In this document: positions 30,480 through 40,243 of the stretch, piece by piece
How the letters are laid out: every line of letters starts with the position of its first letter
How positions within the stretch are numbered: position 1 is the first letter of the stretch
Notes under the pieces: generated by a model
Database searches by the model: none
Told to the model about the DNA's origin: nothing
The model's input: only the letters and a program-made list of their open reading frames with translations
From: Gammaproteobacteria bacterium
Lineage (GTDB): Bacteria; Pseudomonadota; Gammaproteobacteria; UBA4575
Direction: 5' to 3'
DNA length: 64,000 nt
Assembly (NCBI GenBank): GCA_965243395.1
Contig: CBDEUS010000002.1
Span: forward strand, 736,001-800,000
Translations under genes and position numbers: made by a program

Positions 30480-31220
30480 CTACTGATGTTTGGGGTGTGG
30501 TATATACTGAATTCCTTTCAACCAAAGTTTTAGAGCTTCATAATGGATCATTGATGTAACTTTTAATGTCATTAAAGGGAATTTAAACAAAACACTCCTT
30601 AAGTTTTTAGCGTTTAACTGGATTTGATCTAAATATATAGAAGCATCAAATACTTTCTCATCTTTTTCCCAATTTTCGATATGAATATTCATATGCTCAT
30701 CGGGTTTTTGTATTTTCCATCGATATTGCAAATCCATATTTAGAAATGGAGAGACGTGGAATTCTTTTTGGTGAGAAAAAGAAATAGTCTCATTATTCTG
30801 TTGATTAGAAATCACATAACAATGTTGTTCTTTCCATGGTGTATTCATTACCTCTGCAACTACGTGAGTAAGTTCTTCACCTGATTTGTCGTAACAGAAA
30901 TAAACACTAAGTGGATTAAATACATATCCGAAATAACGAAAGTGGGTTAATAATCGAATCGGACCGCCTACACGATCACCTGTTTTCTCATATATAAGTG
31001 TACGTATGGAGTCAGCTAAATTTGCTTCTTTGCCATGATGGTCTTTGCGATAAAAAGAGGCTAGATTAGGCTTATTGACTGACCACAATAAAAACCTGTC
31101 AAAAAGGGTGGGCAGTTCATCTAAGTCCACATACATCATAAATAATGAATAGGTGAACCCATGAGCGCGAGGGGAATAGCGCTGATGACTAACTAGCCCT
31201 TTGTAAATACAGCTCTTCAT
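30480..31220 (-). CDS. DUF1365 protein (UfaO-like)
   Basis: H.R..P..H.F.Y, GYVFNPLSVYFC, EVMNTPW, KEFHVSPF. Confidence 0.9.
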   Translation of the reverse strand: MKSCIYKGLVSHQRYSPRAHGFTYSLFMMYVDLDELPTLFDRFLLWSVNKPNLASFYRKDHHGKEANLADSIRTLIYEKTGDRVGGPIRLLTHFRYFGYVFNPLSVYFCYDKSGEELTHVVAEVMNTPWKEQHCYVISNQQNNETISFSHQKEFHVSPFLNMDLQYRWKIQKPDEHMNIHIENWEKDEKVFDASIYLDQIQLNAKNLRSVLFKFPLMTLKVTSMIHYEALKLWLKGIQYIPHPKHQ

Positions 31221-32466
31221 CGTTTAAATATTGATTAAATTGTTCCACTGACTGTATAGCGCTCCATACCCCGTCTTCATGAAAGCCATTTCGCCAGTAG
31301 GCTCCACAGAACCATGTGTTTTGTTGACCATTTATTTCTGTATGTTGTCTTTGGGCATGAATAGCTGGATGGTCAAATATTGGATGCATGTATTGTATTG
31401 TTTTTAATATTTTTGACTCATTTATTTCTTGGTTAGGATTTAAAGTTACAAAGTAGTCTTCATCACAACTCAAATTTTGTAGACGATTCATATAATAGGT
31501 TACGTTTACATATTCATTTTTATTTTTGGGTACAGAATAATTCCATGATGACCACGCGCTTTTACGTTTTGGCATCGTATTTTTATCTGTGTGAAGTACA
31601 GCAATATTTTCTTGGTATTTGATATTTTCTAAAACACTTTTTTCTTTAGTGCTTGCCTGATCTAATAATTTTAGTGCTTGATCGCTATGACAAGCCAAAA
31701 AAGCATGATCAAAATATTCAGGTGGTCGGCCTTTAGCAAATATTTCTACTCTTCCTGCAACACGTTTTATGTTTTTAACAGGCGTGTTTATATGTATCTT
31801 GTTCGCAAAGGGTTTTATAAGTTCATCTACATACTGTTTCGAACCACCTATAATTGTTTTCCATTGTGGGCGTTGTTTCAAATTTAATAAGCCATGGTTC
31901 TTAAAAAATTCTAAAAAACTTTTTGCTGGATATTCGTTTATTTTTTCAATATTAGTAGACCATATCGCAGCACCCATTGGTAAAATATAATATTTGTTAA
32001 ATGCAGAACTAAATTTGTGAATTGTTAAAAATTCGCCAAGTGTCAATTTTTCTTGGTCTTTGTCTAGATACTCCAGTGCAAGATCCTTAAAGCGTACAAT
32101 ATCGTAAAAAATTTGATAAGGTTTTATCTTTTTCCAATTATCGCGGTTAAATATTAAACTTTGTAAACCACTTCCAGACCATTCAAATCCAGTTTCTTCA
32201 CATTTAACTGAGAAGCTCATTTCAGAGTTTTGAGTTTTTACATCTAACTTCTCAATTAGTTTTTCAAAATTAGGATAAGTCCAATCATTAAATACAATGA
32301 AGCCTGTATCAACAGCAACTGGTTGATGTTCAGCATACAAGTCAATTGTATTTACATGTCCACCTATATAATTACCTGATTCATATACAGTGATGTCATG
32401 TTTTTTGTGTAGTAAGTGTGCAGCGGTTAAGCCAGAAACACCTGTACCGATGATTGCAATCTTCAT
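31189..32466 (-). CDS. FAD-dependent oxidoreductase (UfaD-like)
   Basis: IAIIGTGVSGL, GGHVNT, VDTGFIVFN, GFHEDG. Confidence 0.9.
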   Translation of the reverse strand: MKIAIIGTGVSGLTAAHLLHKKHDITVYESGNYIGGHVNTIDLYAEHQPVAVDTGFIVFNDWTYPNFEKLIEKLDVKTQNSEMSFSVKCEETGFEWSGSGLQSLIFNRDNWKKIKPYQIFYDIVRFKDLALEYLDKDQEKLTLGEFLTIHKFSSAFNKYYILPMGAAIWSTNIEKINEYPAKSFLEFFKNHGLLNLKQRPQWKTIIGGSKQYVDELIKPFANKIHINTPVKNIKRVAGRVEIFAKGRPPEYFDHAFLACHSDQALKLLDQASTKEKSVLENIKYQENIAVLHTDKNTMPKRKSAWSSWNYSVPKNKNEYVNVTYYMNRLQNLSCDEDYFVTLNPNQEINESKILKTIQYMHPIFDHPAIHAQRQHTEINGQQNTWFCGAYWRNGFHEDGVWSAIQSVEQFNQYLNDEELYLQRAS

Positions 32467-32471
32467 ATGAA

Positions 32472-33263
32472 TTAATTTCTATTTTTTACAATAGTTTTAG
32501 TAAGTAACCAGCTAAGAATTGGATTAGGTAAAGAGCCAATAAATTTCAGTGTTAAGCTAAAACGTTTTGGGAAATGAATCTCTTGTTTGTTGGAGGCTAT
32601 TCCAGACAAAATATATTCTGCAGAGCGCGCTGCTGATATCAGTGCGGGCATATCAAAGTCATTTTTATCGGTAAGCTCAGTTTCAACGAACCCCGGGCAA
32701 ATCACTGATGCTTGAATATTATGTGGCTGTAAGCTAATGCGTAATGCTGCAAACATATTTCGTATTGCTGCTTTGGTGGCGCCATATGCTTCTGATCTTG
32801 GTAATCCGAGATACGCGGCGGTACTACTCATTCCGACTAGTTGAGCAGAATCTGATTTTTTTAATAGTGGTAATGTAGCTTCTATCCCATAAACCATGCT
32901 CATGAAGTTTGTATTCATTTGTCTGGCAAATAACTCACTATCGAAATTATCAATATCCACATATTCACAATTTCCTGCATTAAGTATTGCTATATCTAAT
33001 CCATTAGCCTTTTTATTTATTGTTTCAATAATCTCTTGATTAGTTTCTTTTGAAGCCAGATCACCTGCAACAATTTCAATGTTGTTATTTTTATTACACT
33101 GTTCAATAGTTTTTTGTAGCTTTTCTGGCGAACGAGAAGTGATAAATAAATGACAATTAATATTGGATAAGGCGATGACAACTGCGCGCCCAATACCAGA
33201 GGATGCACCTGTTACCCAGATTACTTTATTTTCAAAATGTTTAAGCACAGTATTAGATAGCAT
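32472..33263 (-). CDS. SDR family oxidoreductase
   Basis: TGASSGIG, YGATK, PGFVETELTDKNDFDMP. Confidence 0.9.
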   Translation of the reverse strand: MLSNTVLKHFENKVIWVTGASSGIGRAVVIALSNINCHLFITSRSPEKLQKTIEQCNKNNNIEIVAGDLASKETNQEIIETINKKANGLDIAILNAGNCEYVDIDNFDSELFARQMNTNFMSMVYGIEATLPLLKKSDSAQLVGMSSTAAYLGLPRSEAYGATKAAIRNMFAALRISLQPHNIQASVICPGFVETELTDKNDFDMPALISAARSAEYILSGIASNKQEIHFPKRFSLTLKFIGSLPNPILSWLLTKTIVKNRN

Positions 33264-33678
33264 GACGTACCTTTTTTATTACTGAACCTAATACGGGTAT
33301 GTGCTCATAAACTAATGCGCCAAGATCATAATAATCACGATGACTGCATACTTTATTGTCTTTAAATTCAATGAATGAGGCACCATCTAGCTCAATTAGT
33401 TTATTACTAGCAATTTTTTTATGCTGAAAACGCATCAACCACTCAATTGAATGTTCATGACAGTTAGGTGTATGGCTTTTTAAAGTAAAATTACAAGATG
33501 TAAGGCTTGTGTATAGATCTTCAAAATATTTTGTTAAATTATCTAAACCTGAGATTGACTTGACTGGATCTATAAAAATTATATCTTCAGTATAAATCTC
33601 AGATAAAACATGCTGAGCATTCGAGTGTTTTATCGAGTTGATATCAGAAACGAATTTATTTATTTGAGAGGCGCTCAT
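33253..33678 (-). CDS. NTF2/SnoaL-like protein
   Basis: FIDP...HRDYYDLG..VYEHIPVLG. Confidence 0.88.
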   Translation of the reverse strand: MSASQINKFVSDINSIKHSNAQHVLSEIYTEDIIFIDPVKSISGLDNLTKYFEDLYTSLTSCNFTLKSHTPNCHEHSIEWLMRFQHKKIASNKLIELDGASFIEFKDNKVCSHRDYYDLGALVYEHIPVLGSVIKKVRHAI

Positions 33679-34238
33679 GAATTTCCTTCCTCTTTGAGGA
33701 TGAATACAATCACTTCACCAACATTTATGCCAAATTTTTTGATAGCTGCTTGACTGATCACTGCTTTTTCGTCTACCTGGTATAGCCAGTCTTGTAAATG
33801 CACTTGAATTTGTTTTCCATCAGACTCAAACAACAAATCATAATTCCAATTGAAAGCGAAACCTGCTTGAGTGCCTGTAGCTGTGCCTACGACATCACTA
33901 GCAGTGCCTGTATTAATATCGTTTTTTAGTTTGTTTAAATACCAAGTTCGTTCTTGTGTACTGCCATCTGCATAAGTAAATAACTCATAGAGCACGCCTT
34001 TATCACCGTTCCATGTGCCATTCATATCTACTACAAAACGTTTAGTGACCTTTCCTTGATAATTTTTAATTAGGCCCCAACCTTTAAGGTCTCCAGTAAA
34101 AAATGTTTTTAAATCAAATTCTGGAGCAGTGTTTTTATAGTCAACAGGTGTCGTTCCACAACCAAGAAGTAATACTATTAATAACGTATATATGAAAAGC
34201 CTAGTCAGCTCTGGCTTGGCAGTTTTAGATCTATTCAC
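33675..34238 (-). CDS. DUF3833 lipoprotein
   Basis: Lipobox LLGC; FDLKTFF.G, GTASDVVG, DWLY, KKFG. Confidence 0.88.
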   Translation of the reverse strand: MNRSKTAKPELTRLFIYTLLIVLLLGCGTTPVDYKNTAPEFDLKTFFTGDLKGWGLIKNYQGKVTKRFVVDMNGTWNGDKGVLYELFTYADGSTQERTWYLNKLKNDINTGTASDVVGTATGTQAGFAFNWNYDLLFESDGKQIQVHLQDWLYQVDEKAVISQAAIKKFGINVGEVIVFILKEEGNS

Positions 34239-34803
34239 CTAATAGCTCCTTGCGATTTTTTTTAAAGCGTGAATTTTTATCTAACCAGATTGCTAAAAAA
34301 GCAGAGCCAAATTTTGGGTCATCAATAGTTCCTAAACTTTGGGTTTTGTTATAAAAAGTACTTTTTCCATCTGGTGTCGTCACGAAGATAAGCTGGTCGC
34401 CTTTATTCACATCAGGCCAGATGTTTGCAAGCATCACTAACCATGCATCCAAGGGGTATTGTTCCGCAAACCCTAATCTTATCCATTCTTTTTTTGTACT
34501 AGACAACAATTTTTGAGCACGGATTTTTCGTGCGTAGGTAATACTAAGAGCACTTGAATTGTTATTTAACAATTCATTTGCTTCTTTTTTGGAAGATGAA
34601 TAGTCATGTATCCAAAATGTAGAGTCATATATATGAAAACCGAAGCGACTTAATCTGGTTTGGCCCACTAGTTCAAAATTTTGCCACTTTTGTAATACAT
34701 TATTAGGTAAAGGGCTAAGAATATTCTCGTTCGTTGCCCAACTGGAGGGTATGAAAAACATCCACACTATAAGTATTGAATATTGAATTAATTTTCGGCG
34801 CAT
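34231..34803 (-). CDS. Chalcone-isomerase-like periplasmic protein
   Basis: Signal peptide from ATG 34803; FGFHIYD, IWPDVNKGD, FLAIWL. Confidence 0.85.
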   Translation of the reverse strand: MRRKLIQYSILIVWMFFIPSSWATNENILSPLPNNVLQKWQNFELVGQTRLSRFGFHIYDSTFWIHDYSSSKKEANELLNNNSSALSITYARKIRAQKLLSSTKKEWIRLGFAEQYPLDAWLVMLANIWPDVNKGDQLIFVTTPDGKSTFYNKTQSLGTIDDPKFGSAFLAIWLDKNSRFKKNRKELLGE

Positions 34804-34935
34804 AACTATATAAGTCGTATAAACATGTGAAGAGTATGCAACTACCCACATAAATTAGACCTTAAGAAAATATTAAATATTTGTAATCTATGAGTGATTG
34901 GCAAATGTTATCTAGCCAGTATCATGGGCTTCATT

Positions 34936-35613
34936 ATGAGAATCCTTTGTATAGAAGACGACCAAGAGCTACTTGACTATGTAAGTAAGGGCCTGAAAGA
35001 AGTTGGCCATATTGTAGATACCGCTACCGATGGCAACGACGGTGTTTTGCTAAGTAGCACCGAACATTATGACGTAATCCTGGTTGACCGAATGCTTCCA
35101 AACGTAGATGGCCTTACCATTATTAAAATGTTACGTGGCGCAGGAAATCAAACTCCGATTTTAATTTTTAGTGCCTTAGGTGAAGTAGATGATCGTGTTA
35201 AAGGATTAAGGGCGGGCGGTGATGACTATCTGGTAAAGCCTTTTGCATTTTCAGAGTTACTCGCAAGAATTGAGGCGCTAAACCGACGAAACAAAAAATC
35301 AGAAGATACTGAAACCAGCCTAAAAGCACATGATATTGAGCTGGATCTACTCACTCGAAAAGTAAAACGCGGTAGTGAAGAGATTACTTTGCAGGCAACA
35401 GAGTTTCGTTTACTTGAATACTTACTTAGGCATAAAGGACAGGTCGTTACTCGTACCATGCTACTCGAATATGTTTGGGACTATCATTTTGATCCTCAGA
35501 CAAACGTAATTGATGTGCACATTAGTCGTTTACGCCAAAAAATTGGCAAAGAGACTGGAAATCAAATAATCAAAACCATGCGCGGTGCAGGCTACATTAT
35601 TGACGATGATTAA
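34936..35613 (+). CDS. OmpR-family response regulator
   Basis: MRILCIEDD, DRMLP, DDYLVKPF, winged-helix NVIDVHISRLR. Confidence 0.95.
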   Translation: MRILCIEDDQELLDYVSKGLKEVGHIVDTATDGNDGVLLSSTEHYDVILVDRMLPNVDGLTIIKMLRGAGNQTPILIFSALGEVDDRVKGLRAGGDDYLVKPFAFSELLARIEALNRRNKKSEDTETSLKAHDIELDLLTRKVKRGSEEITLQATEFRLLEYLLRHKGQVVTRTMLLEYVWDYHFDPQTNVIDVHISRLRQKIGKETGNQIIKTMRGAGYIIDDD

Positions 35614-36643
35614 TGAAAATAAATCACGTGATTATAGAAAAAGCTCAAGCTTCAAGGTTGCTACACTATTTGCGATCTTATTAGCTATTGCGATCTCGGC
35701 GTTAAGTATTTCTATTTATCTATTTGTTCAACAGTCTGATCATCAATCAGTTGGCAATCTTGTGGTTATTCTCAGTGCTATTAGTATTCTCTCTTTGCTA
35801 ACAATGGGAGTAATTGGCTATTTAATTAGTGTGTTTGTTGTAACAAGAATTAACCGTATTGCCGATACTGCACAAGAAATCATATCGACTGGAGATTTAA
35901 CTAAACGCATTGAAATAGATTCACGCTGGGATGATTTGAGCTTCCTGGGTGATGTTTTAAATGAAATGCTACAAAAAATTGAAATTTTAATGGAAGGTGT
36001 TCAGCATATTACGGACACTGTGGCACATGATTTACGTACTCCCCTTGCCAGATTGCGAAATAAATTAGAGCATGCCTCCTTACAGGCAGACTTAATACAA
36101 AGTGATGAAGCAAAAACAGAACTTGTTAAAGATGTTGATAATTTACTAAAAACATTTAACTCATTGTTAAGTTTATCCAGCCTGGAATCTGGTCGCCAAG
36201 GTCTTAAATTTGAATCATTTGATCTAGATAGAGTTGTTCAAGATGCAGTTGATCTTTATCTACCTCTAGCAGAAGAAAAAAATCAAAAAATGATCGTCAA
36301 TACAAAAGCTATGCAATATGTAGGTAATCGGGATTTGATCTTCCAGGTCATTACAAACTTAATAGATAATGCGATTAAGTTTACTCAAACAGAAGGTACG
36401 ATAGGGATCAGTCTAGAAAGCAATATGGATGTGAAAAAAATTGTGATCGAGGACAATGGGCCTGGTATTCCTAAAGATTCCGTAAATAAAGTATTTGATC
36501 GCTTTTTTCGTGATCAAATGCAGCAACATATTGAAGGTTCTGGATTAGGACTTAGCTTGGTAAATGCAGTTTTACATCTTCATAAAGCATCAATTCACCT
36601 AGAAGAAAACCATCCAGGTTTAAAAGTAGTAATTGTTTTATAA
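35606..36643 (+). CDS. Sensor histidine kinase with HAMP and almost no periplasmic domain
   Basis: Two TMs joined by about 10 residues; AHDLRTPL, NLIDNAIKF, DNGPG, GSGLGL. Confidence 0.92.
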   Translation: MINENKSRDYRKSSSFKVATLFAILLAIAISALSISIYLFVQQSDHQSVGNLVVILSAISILSLLTMGVIGYLISVFVVTRINRIADTAQEIISTGDLTKRIEIDSRWDDLSFLGDVLNEMLQKIEILMEGVQHITDTVAHDLRTPLARLRNKLEHASLQADLIQSDEAKTELVKDVDNLLKTFNSLLSLSSLESGRQGLKFESFDLDRVVQDAVDLYLPLAEEKNQKMIVNTKAMQYVGNRDLIFQVITNLIDNAIKFTQTEGTIGISLESNMDVKKIVIEDNGPGIPKDSVNKVFDRFFRDQMQQHIEGSGLGLSLVNAVLHLHKASIHLEENHPGLKVVIVL

Positions 36644-36718
36644 AGTGTGTGCTAGAAAGTTGAAACAAAAATAGCGCAACACCTTGCTTTGTTGGCGAGT
36701 ATTTGTAACTAAAAATTA

Positions 36719-38029
36719 TTAGCTGTTTTCTTTCCCCGCGATCGGGATAATTTTTTTGGCTTCTTGAAATAATTCTTCAAGCTCACGGATGCGTGTTTCT
36801 TGAGAATTTAGCTCATTACGTAAAGGCGATACTTGTTGTTTAGCTTGGGCAAGTACATTTTCAAGAGAGGTAATTTTGCTATCACGAAGTCTTATGGAAG
36901 TCTCTAATGCCTCTATACGCTTGTGACGCATTGAAACTTCATCACTTAATATAGAAATTTTTTCATCACGCGACTGAATATTTTTTTCAAGTTCAGGTAT
37001 TTGTTGATTTGCAGTTTCAACTTTAGATTGCAGAGTGCTCATAATTGTACGTGCTTCAGTTGTCTCAATTTCAAGTAAGCGAATTCGTTCACGTTCAGTT
37101 TCTAAAGTCTTATTTAAAGTAGCATTATCTTCAGTTTGTTTAGTAAGATTTTCCTTAAGTATGTTTACTTTATTTATCTGAGATTTCTGAGACTCAAGCT
37201 TTCTGACAAACCCTTCAATAGTTTGCTTGTCATTATCAATCTGTTTTTTCAACTCGGCTTCTTTGTGAGCACGTTGTTCAATTTCGCCTTGAAGTTGATA
37301 GTTCTTATTGTCCATATCATCTAATTCTTCTTGTAAGGCATTTATTTGATTACCACGAGCAGCAAAGTCTTTTTGCATATTGCTGAAAGATGAAATTTGG
37401 CTATCAAGCTCCTCGATGCGAGTAGTTAAATGGATTCGCTGATCTTCAAGTTCTTTACTCAAAATTTGGTTATCAGAATCTGATTGTTTAAGCTGCTCCC
37501 TTAATTCTTGAATATCGAGCACCTTCGAGCGCAGAGATTCAAGCTTTTCATTCAACCTCCTGACTTCGGTATTACTGGTCTTTAATTTATTAGATAAGAC
37601 TCGATTGTCTTCATCAGCTTGGTCTAATTGATTTTTCAGTGGTTGTAAATCAACAATAATCTCTTTTAATGAACGTATTTCTTCATTAAGAGTAAGAACT
37701 TCTTGATCTCGTTCTTGAAGATTTATACTAAGCAAATTGTTTTTTTCAGTTGCCTTGCCGAGCAATACTTTTAATTCATTCAGTTCATTTGGAATTATTT
37801 TAAATTCTTCTATTACTTTGGCTTGCTCATTTGAGTATTCAACGGCAATTTTTAATTTTTCTGCAAGTTCATCTCGAATTTGAGTGGCCGCCTCATAGGC
37901 AGAGCGTAAAGACTCCAGCTCATTGCCTCTACTTTCATTGGCACTAAGAATTGGTATTTCTAGATCCATTTCTAAATCAAAAGTGTCTTTGGCCTGTTTA
38001 TCTTTTGATGGGGTCTCGAAAGTAGCCAT
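36719..38029 (-). CDS. Soluble long coiled-coil protein, partial paralog of 20580-22451
   Basis: Heptad-rich throughout; shares LLGKAT and 28-aa repeats with 20580-22451. Confidence 0.75.
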   Translation of the reverse strand: MATFETPSKDKQAKDTFDLEMDLEIPILSANESRGNELESLRSAYEAATQIRDELAEKLKIAVEYSNEQAKVIEEFKIIPNELNELKVLLGKATEKNNLLSINLQERDQEVLTLNEEIRSLKEIIVDLQPLKNQLDQADEDNRVLSNKLKTSNTEVRRLNEKLESLRSKVLDIQELREQLKQSDSDNQILSKELEDQRIHLTTRIEELDSQISSFSNMQKDFAARGNQINALQEELDDMDNKNYQLQGEIEQRAHKEAELKKQIDNDKQTIEGFVRKLESQKSQINKVNILKENLTKQTEDNATLNKTLETERERIRLLEIETTEARTIMSTLQSKVETANQQIPELEKNIQSRDEKISILSDEVSMRHKRIEALETSIRLRDSKITSLENVLAQAKQQVSPLRNELNSQETRIRELEELFQEAKKIIPIAGKENS

Positions 38030-38399
38030 GAAATTGTTCTTCCCTTAAACATTCACAAAAAAGAAACGAAAAACGTACAGTCTTCCAGTTAAGTATATGA
38101 ATTGTAATACATCTAGTATCAATTTTTAATCAATCACAATGAATGTTATTGAGAAAATGAGTGGTCAAAATCCAAGCAAAATTCCGCTAGTCAATTTATG
38201 GTATTCCCTCCTCAGGAAAACATTAGATTTCAATAAAGTAATTAAATGAGTATTTTGAATACCCATTTTAAATGCATATAAATCAAGCACTTACTATTTT
38301 ATTCAATTTAATCGACTGGAAAAATTAAACACTGTCAACGTTATGGCCATTCTCCACGTTGTAAATGGTATCGATAATCAAAATTGATGGAGGAGGAAA

Positions 38400-38684
38400 A
38401 TGAAATTGAAAAAGCAACTTTTATTGTTTGTTGCAGGAATGCTTATATTTGCAGTTTCTGCTACACATGCACAAGCATCTGTATATGGAAATGTCGGATA
38501 TAAAGATTACCCATGGAGAATCTTAATTGGATATAACAATCACTATCATGGGAATCATCATCATAAGTATTATCACAAACATAAAAAATATCATCATAAA
38601 AAACACTACCACCATAAAAATCATGGTTACAGCCATCACTATAGACATGACCATAGCCATTACCGTCGTAGTTGCCGGTACTAA
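38400..38684 (+). CDS. Secreted His/Lys/Tyr-rich small protein
   Basis: GGAGGAGG SD, signal peptide ending AQA, 18 His in 40 residues. Confidence 0.8.
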   Translation: MKLKKQLLLFVAGMLIFAVSATHAQASVYGNVGYKDYPWRILIGYNNHYHGNHHHKYYHKHKKYHHKKHYHHKNHGYSHHYRHDHSHYRRSCRY

Positions 38685-38726
38685 TCAGGTATCAACAACA
38701 ACATTCACGTAAATAAAGTGATTTTG

Positions 38727-38753
38727 AAAGCCTCGCAATGCGAGGCTTTTTTT
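38727..38753 (+). terminator. Intrinsic terminator
   Basis: AAAGCCTCGC-AAT-GCGAGGCTTTTTTT. Confidence 0.85.
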
Positions 38754-38800
38754 ATGAAGGTCACATAATAAATTAAATTAAAACTCTGTAAGATCAGCAC

Positions 38801-40177
38801 ATGCTGGATACCTTAAAGAATCGCTGGTCGGATGAAAGTGGTTATCGTGAAGTTTTAACTATTGCAATTCCGCTTATCCTTAGTACGGGCGCTTGGAGTG
38901 TTCTATTATTTTTTGATCGAATGTTTCTGTCATGGTATTCAGAAGATTCAATTGCTGCTGCAATGCCAGCCGGTATGACAAGTTTTGCCATGTTAAGTTT
39001 ATTTATTGGTACAGCCGCATATGTAAATACGTTTGTTGCGCAGTACTTTGGTGCTGATGAAGAAAACAGAATTGGTGCAATTGTTTGGCAAGGAATTTAT
39101 TTTAGTTTGCTATCTTTTATTGTGATTATTCCGGCCTATTTTTTAGCAGAAAAATTTTTCGCTTTAGTTGGGCATACTGCAGAAGTACAAGCTCAAGAGA
39201 CTATCTATTTTAAAATACTAATGTATTCCGCCATGTTCATGGTTCTTAATAATGCCTTGTCTAGTTTTTTTTCTGGTTTAGGAAAAACGATGATTGTAAT
39301 GTGGGTCAGTTTCCTTATAGCAATTATAAATATTGTCTTAGATTACATTTTCATTTTTGGAAAGCTTGGTTTTTCTGTCATGGGTATTCGAGGTGCGGCG
39401 ATAGCAAGCAACATTGCTGTTATTGCAGGAACAGCAGTGTATTTATTACTGATTTTTCAAAATAAATATCGCATGCGTTTTGAGCTTGTTTCTTCTTGGA
39501 GACTGAATATTCCGTTGTTTAATAGATTAGTATATTTCGGTTTTCCAAATGGGTTGAGGTTATTTATTGATATGACTGCATTCACAGCATTTCTAATGTT
39601 TGTTGGAACAATAGGTACGCGTGAACAAGTTGCTACGAATATTGCATTTAATATTGAAGCGCTAGCGTTCTTACCTATGGTCGGCATGATGATTGGAACA
39701 GCGGTTCTGGTCGGTCAAAGGTTGGGGGAAAATAAACCTAAACTCGCTGAAAAAGCCGTATGGTCTGCAATCCATATCACATTCGCATTTTTTAGTATTC
39801 TTGCAGTGCTGTATATCACGATTCCAGGAATGTTTATCTATCCTTTTACATTGAATGGAGGGCTTGAAAATATTGAAAACAGTATTGATCTAATCGTAGT
39901 GCTATTGCGGTTTGTTGCGGTTTTCTGCCTATTTGATGCAATTTTCTTAGTATTTATCGGTGCATTGGAAGGGGCAGGAGATACTCGTTTTATTATGAAA
40001 ATGAGCTTTATAATTTCAATATTACTGTTTGTAGTGCCATGCTACATCTATATAAAGTTTTTTGAAGCAAAGGTATTGGTACTTTGGTGGATAATTACAA
40101 TTAATGTGATTATTTATTGCAGCGTATTTTTCTGGAGATTCAAAACAGGCCCATGGAGAAATATGAGAGTAATTTAA
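38801..40177 (+). CDS. MATE family efflux transporter
   Basis: About 12 TMs; VAQYFGA, GIRGAAIAS, LVGQRLG, GAGDT. Confidence 0.92.
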   Translation: MLDTLKNRWSDESGYREVLTIAIPLILSTGAWSVLLFFDRMFLSWYSEDSIAAAMPAGMTSFAMLSLFIGTAAYVNTFVAQYFGADEENRIGAIVWQGIYFSLLSFIVIIPAYFLAEKFFALVGHTAEVQAQETIYFKILMYSAMFMVLNNALSSFFSGLGKTMIVMWVSFLIAIINIVLDYIFIFGKLGFSVMGIRGAAIASNIAVIAGTAVYLLLIFQNKYRMRFELVSSWRLNIPLFNRLVYFGFPNGLRLFIDMTAFTAFLMFVGTIGTREQVATNIAFNIEALAFLPMVGMMIGTAVLVGQRLGENKPKLAEKAVWSAIHITFAFFSILAVLYITIPGMFIYPFTLNGGLENIENSIDLIVVLLRFVAVFCLFDAIFLVFIGALEGAGDTRFIMKMSFIISILLFVVPCYIYIKFFEAKVLVLWWIITINVIIYCSVFFWRFKTGPWRNMRVI

Positions 40178-40243
40178 TAATTTTTTAAAATAAATAATAA
40201 ATGAACAATAAATACGTTTATTGATATCAGTAGGAGTCATATA

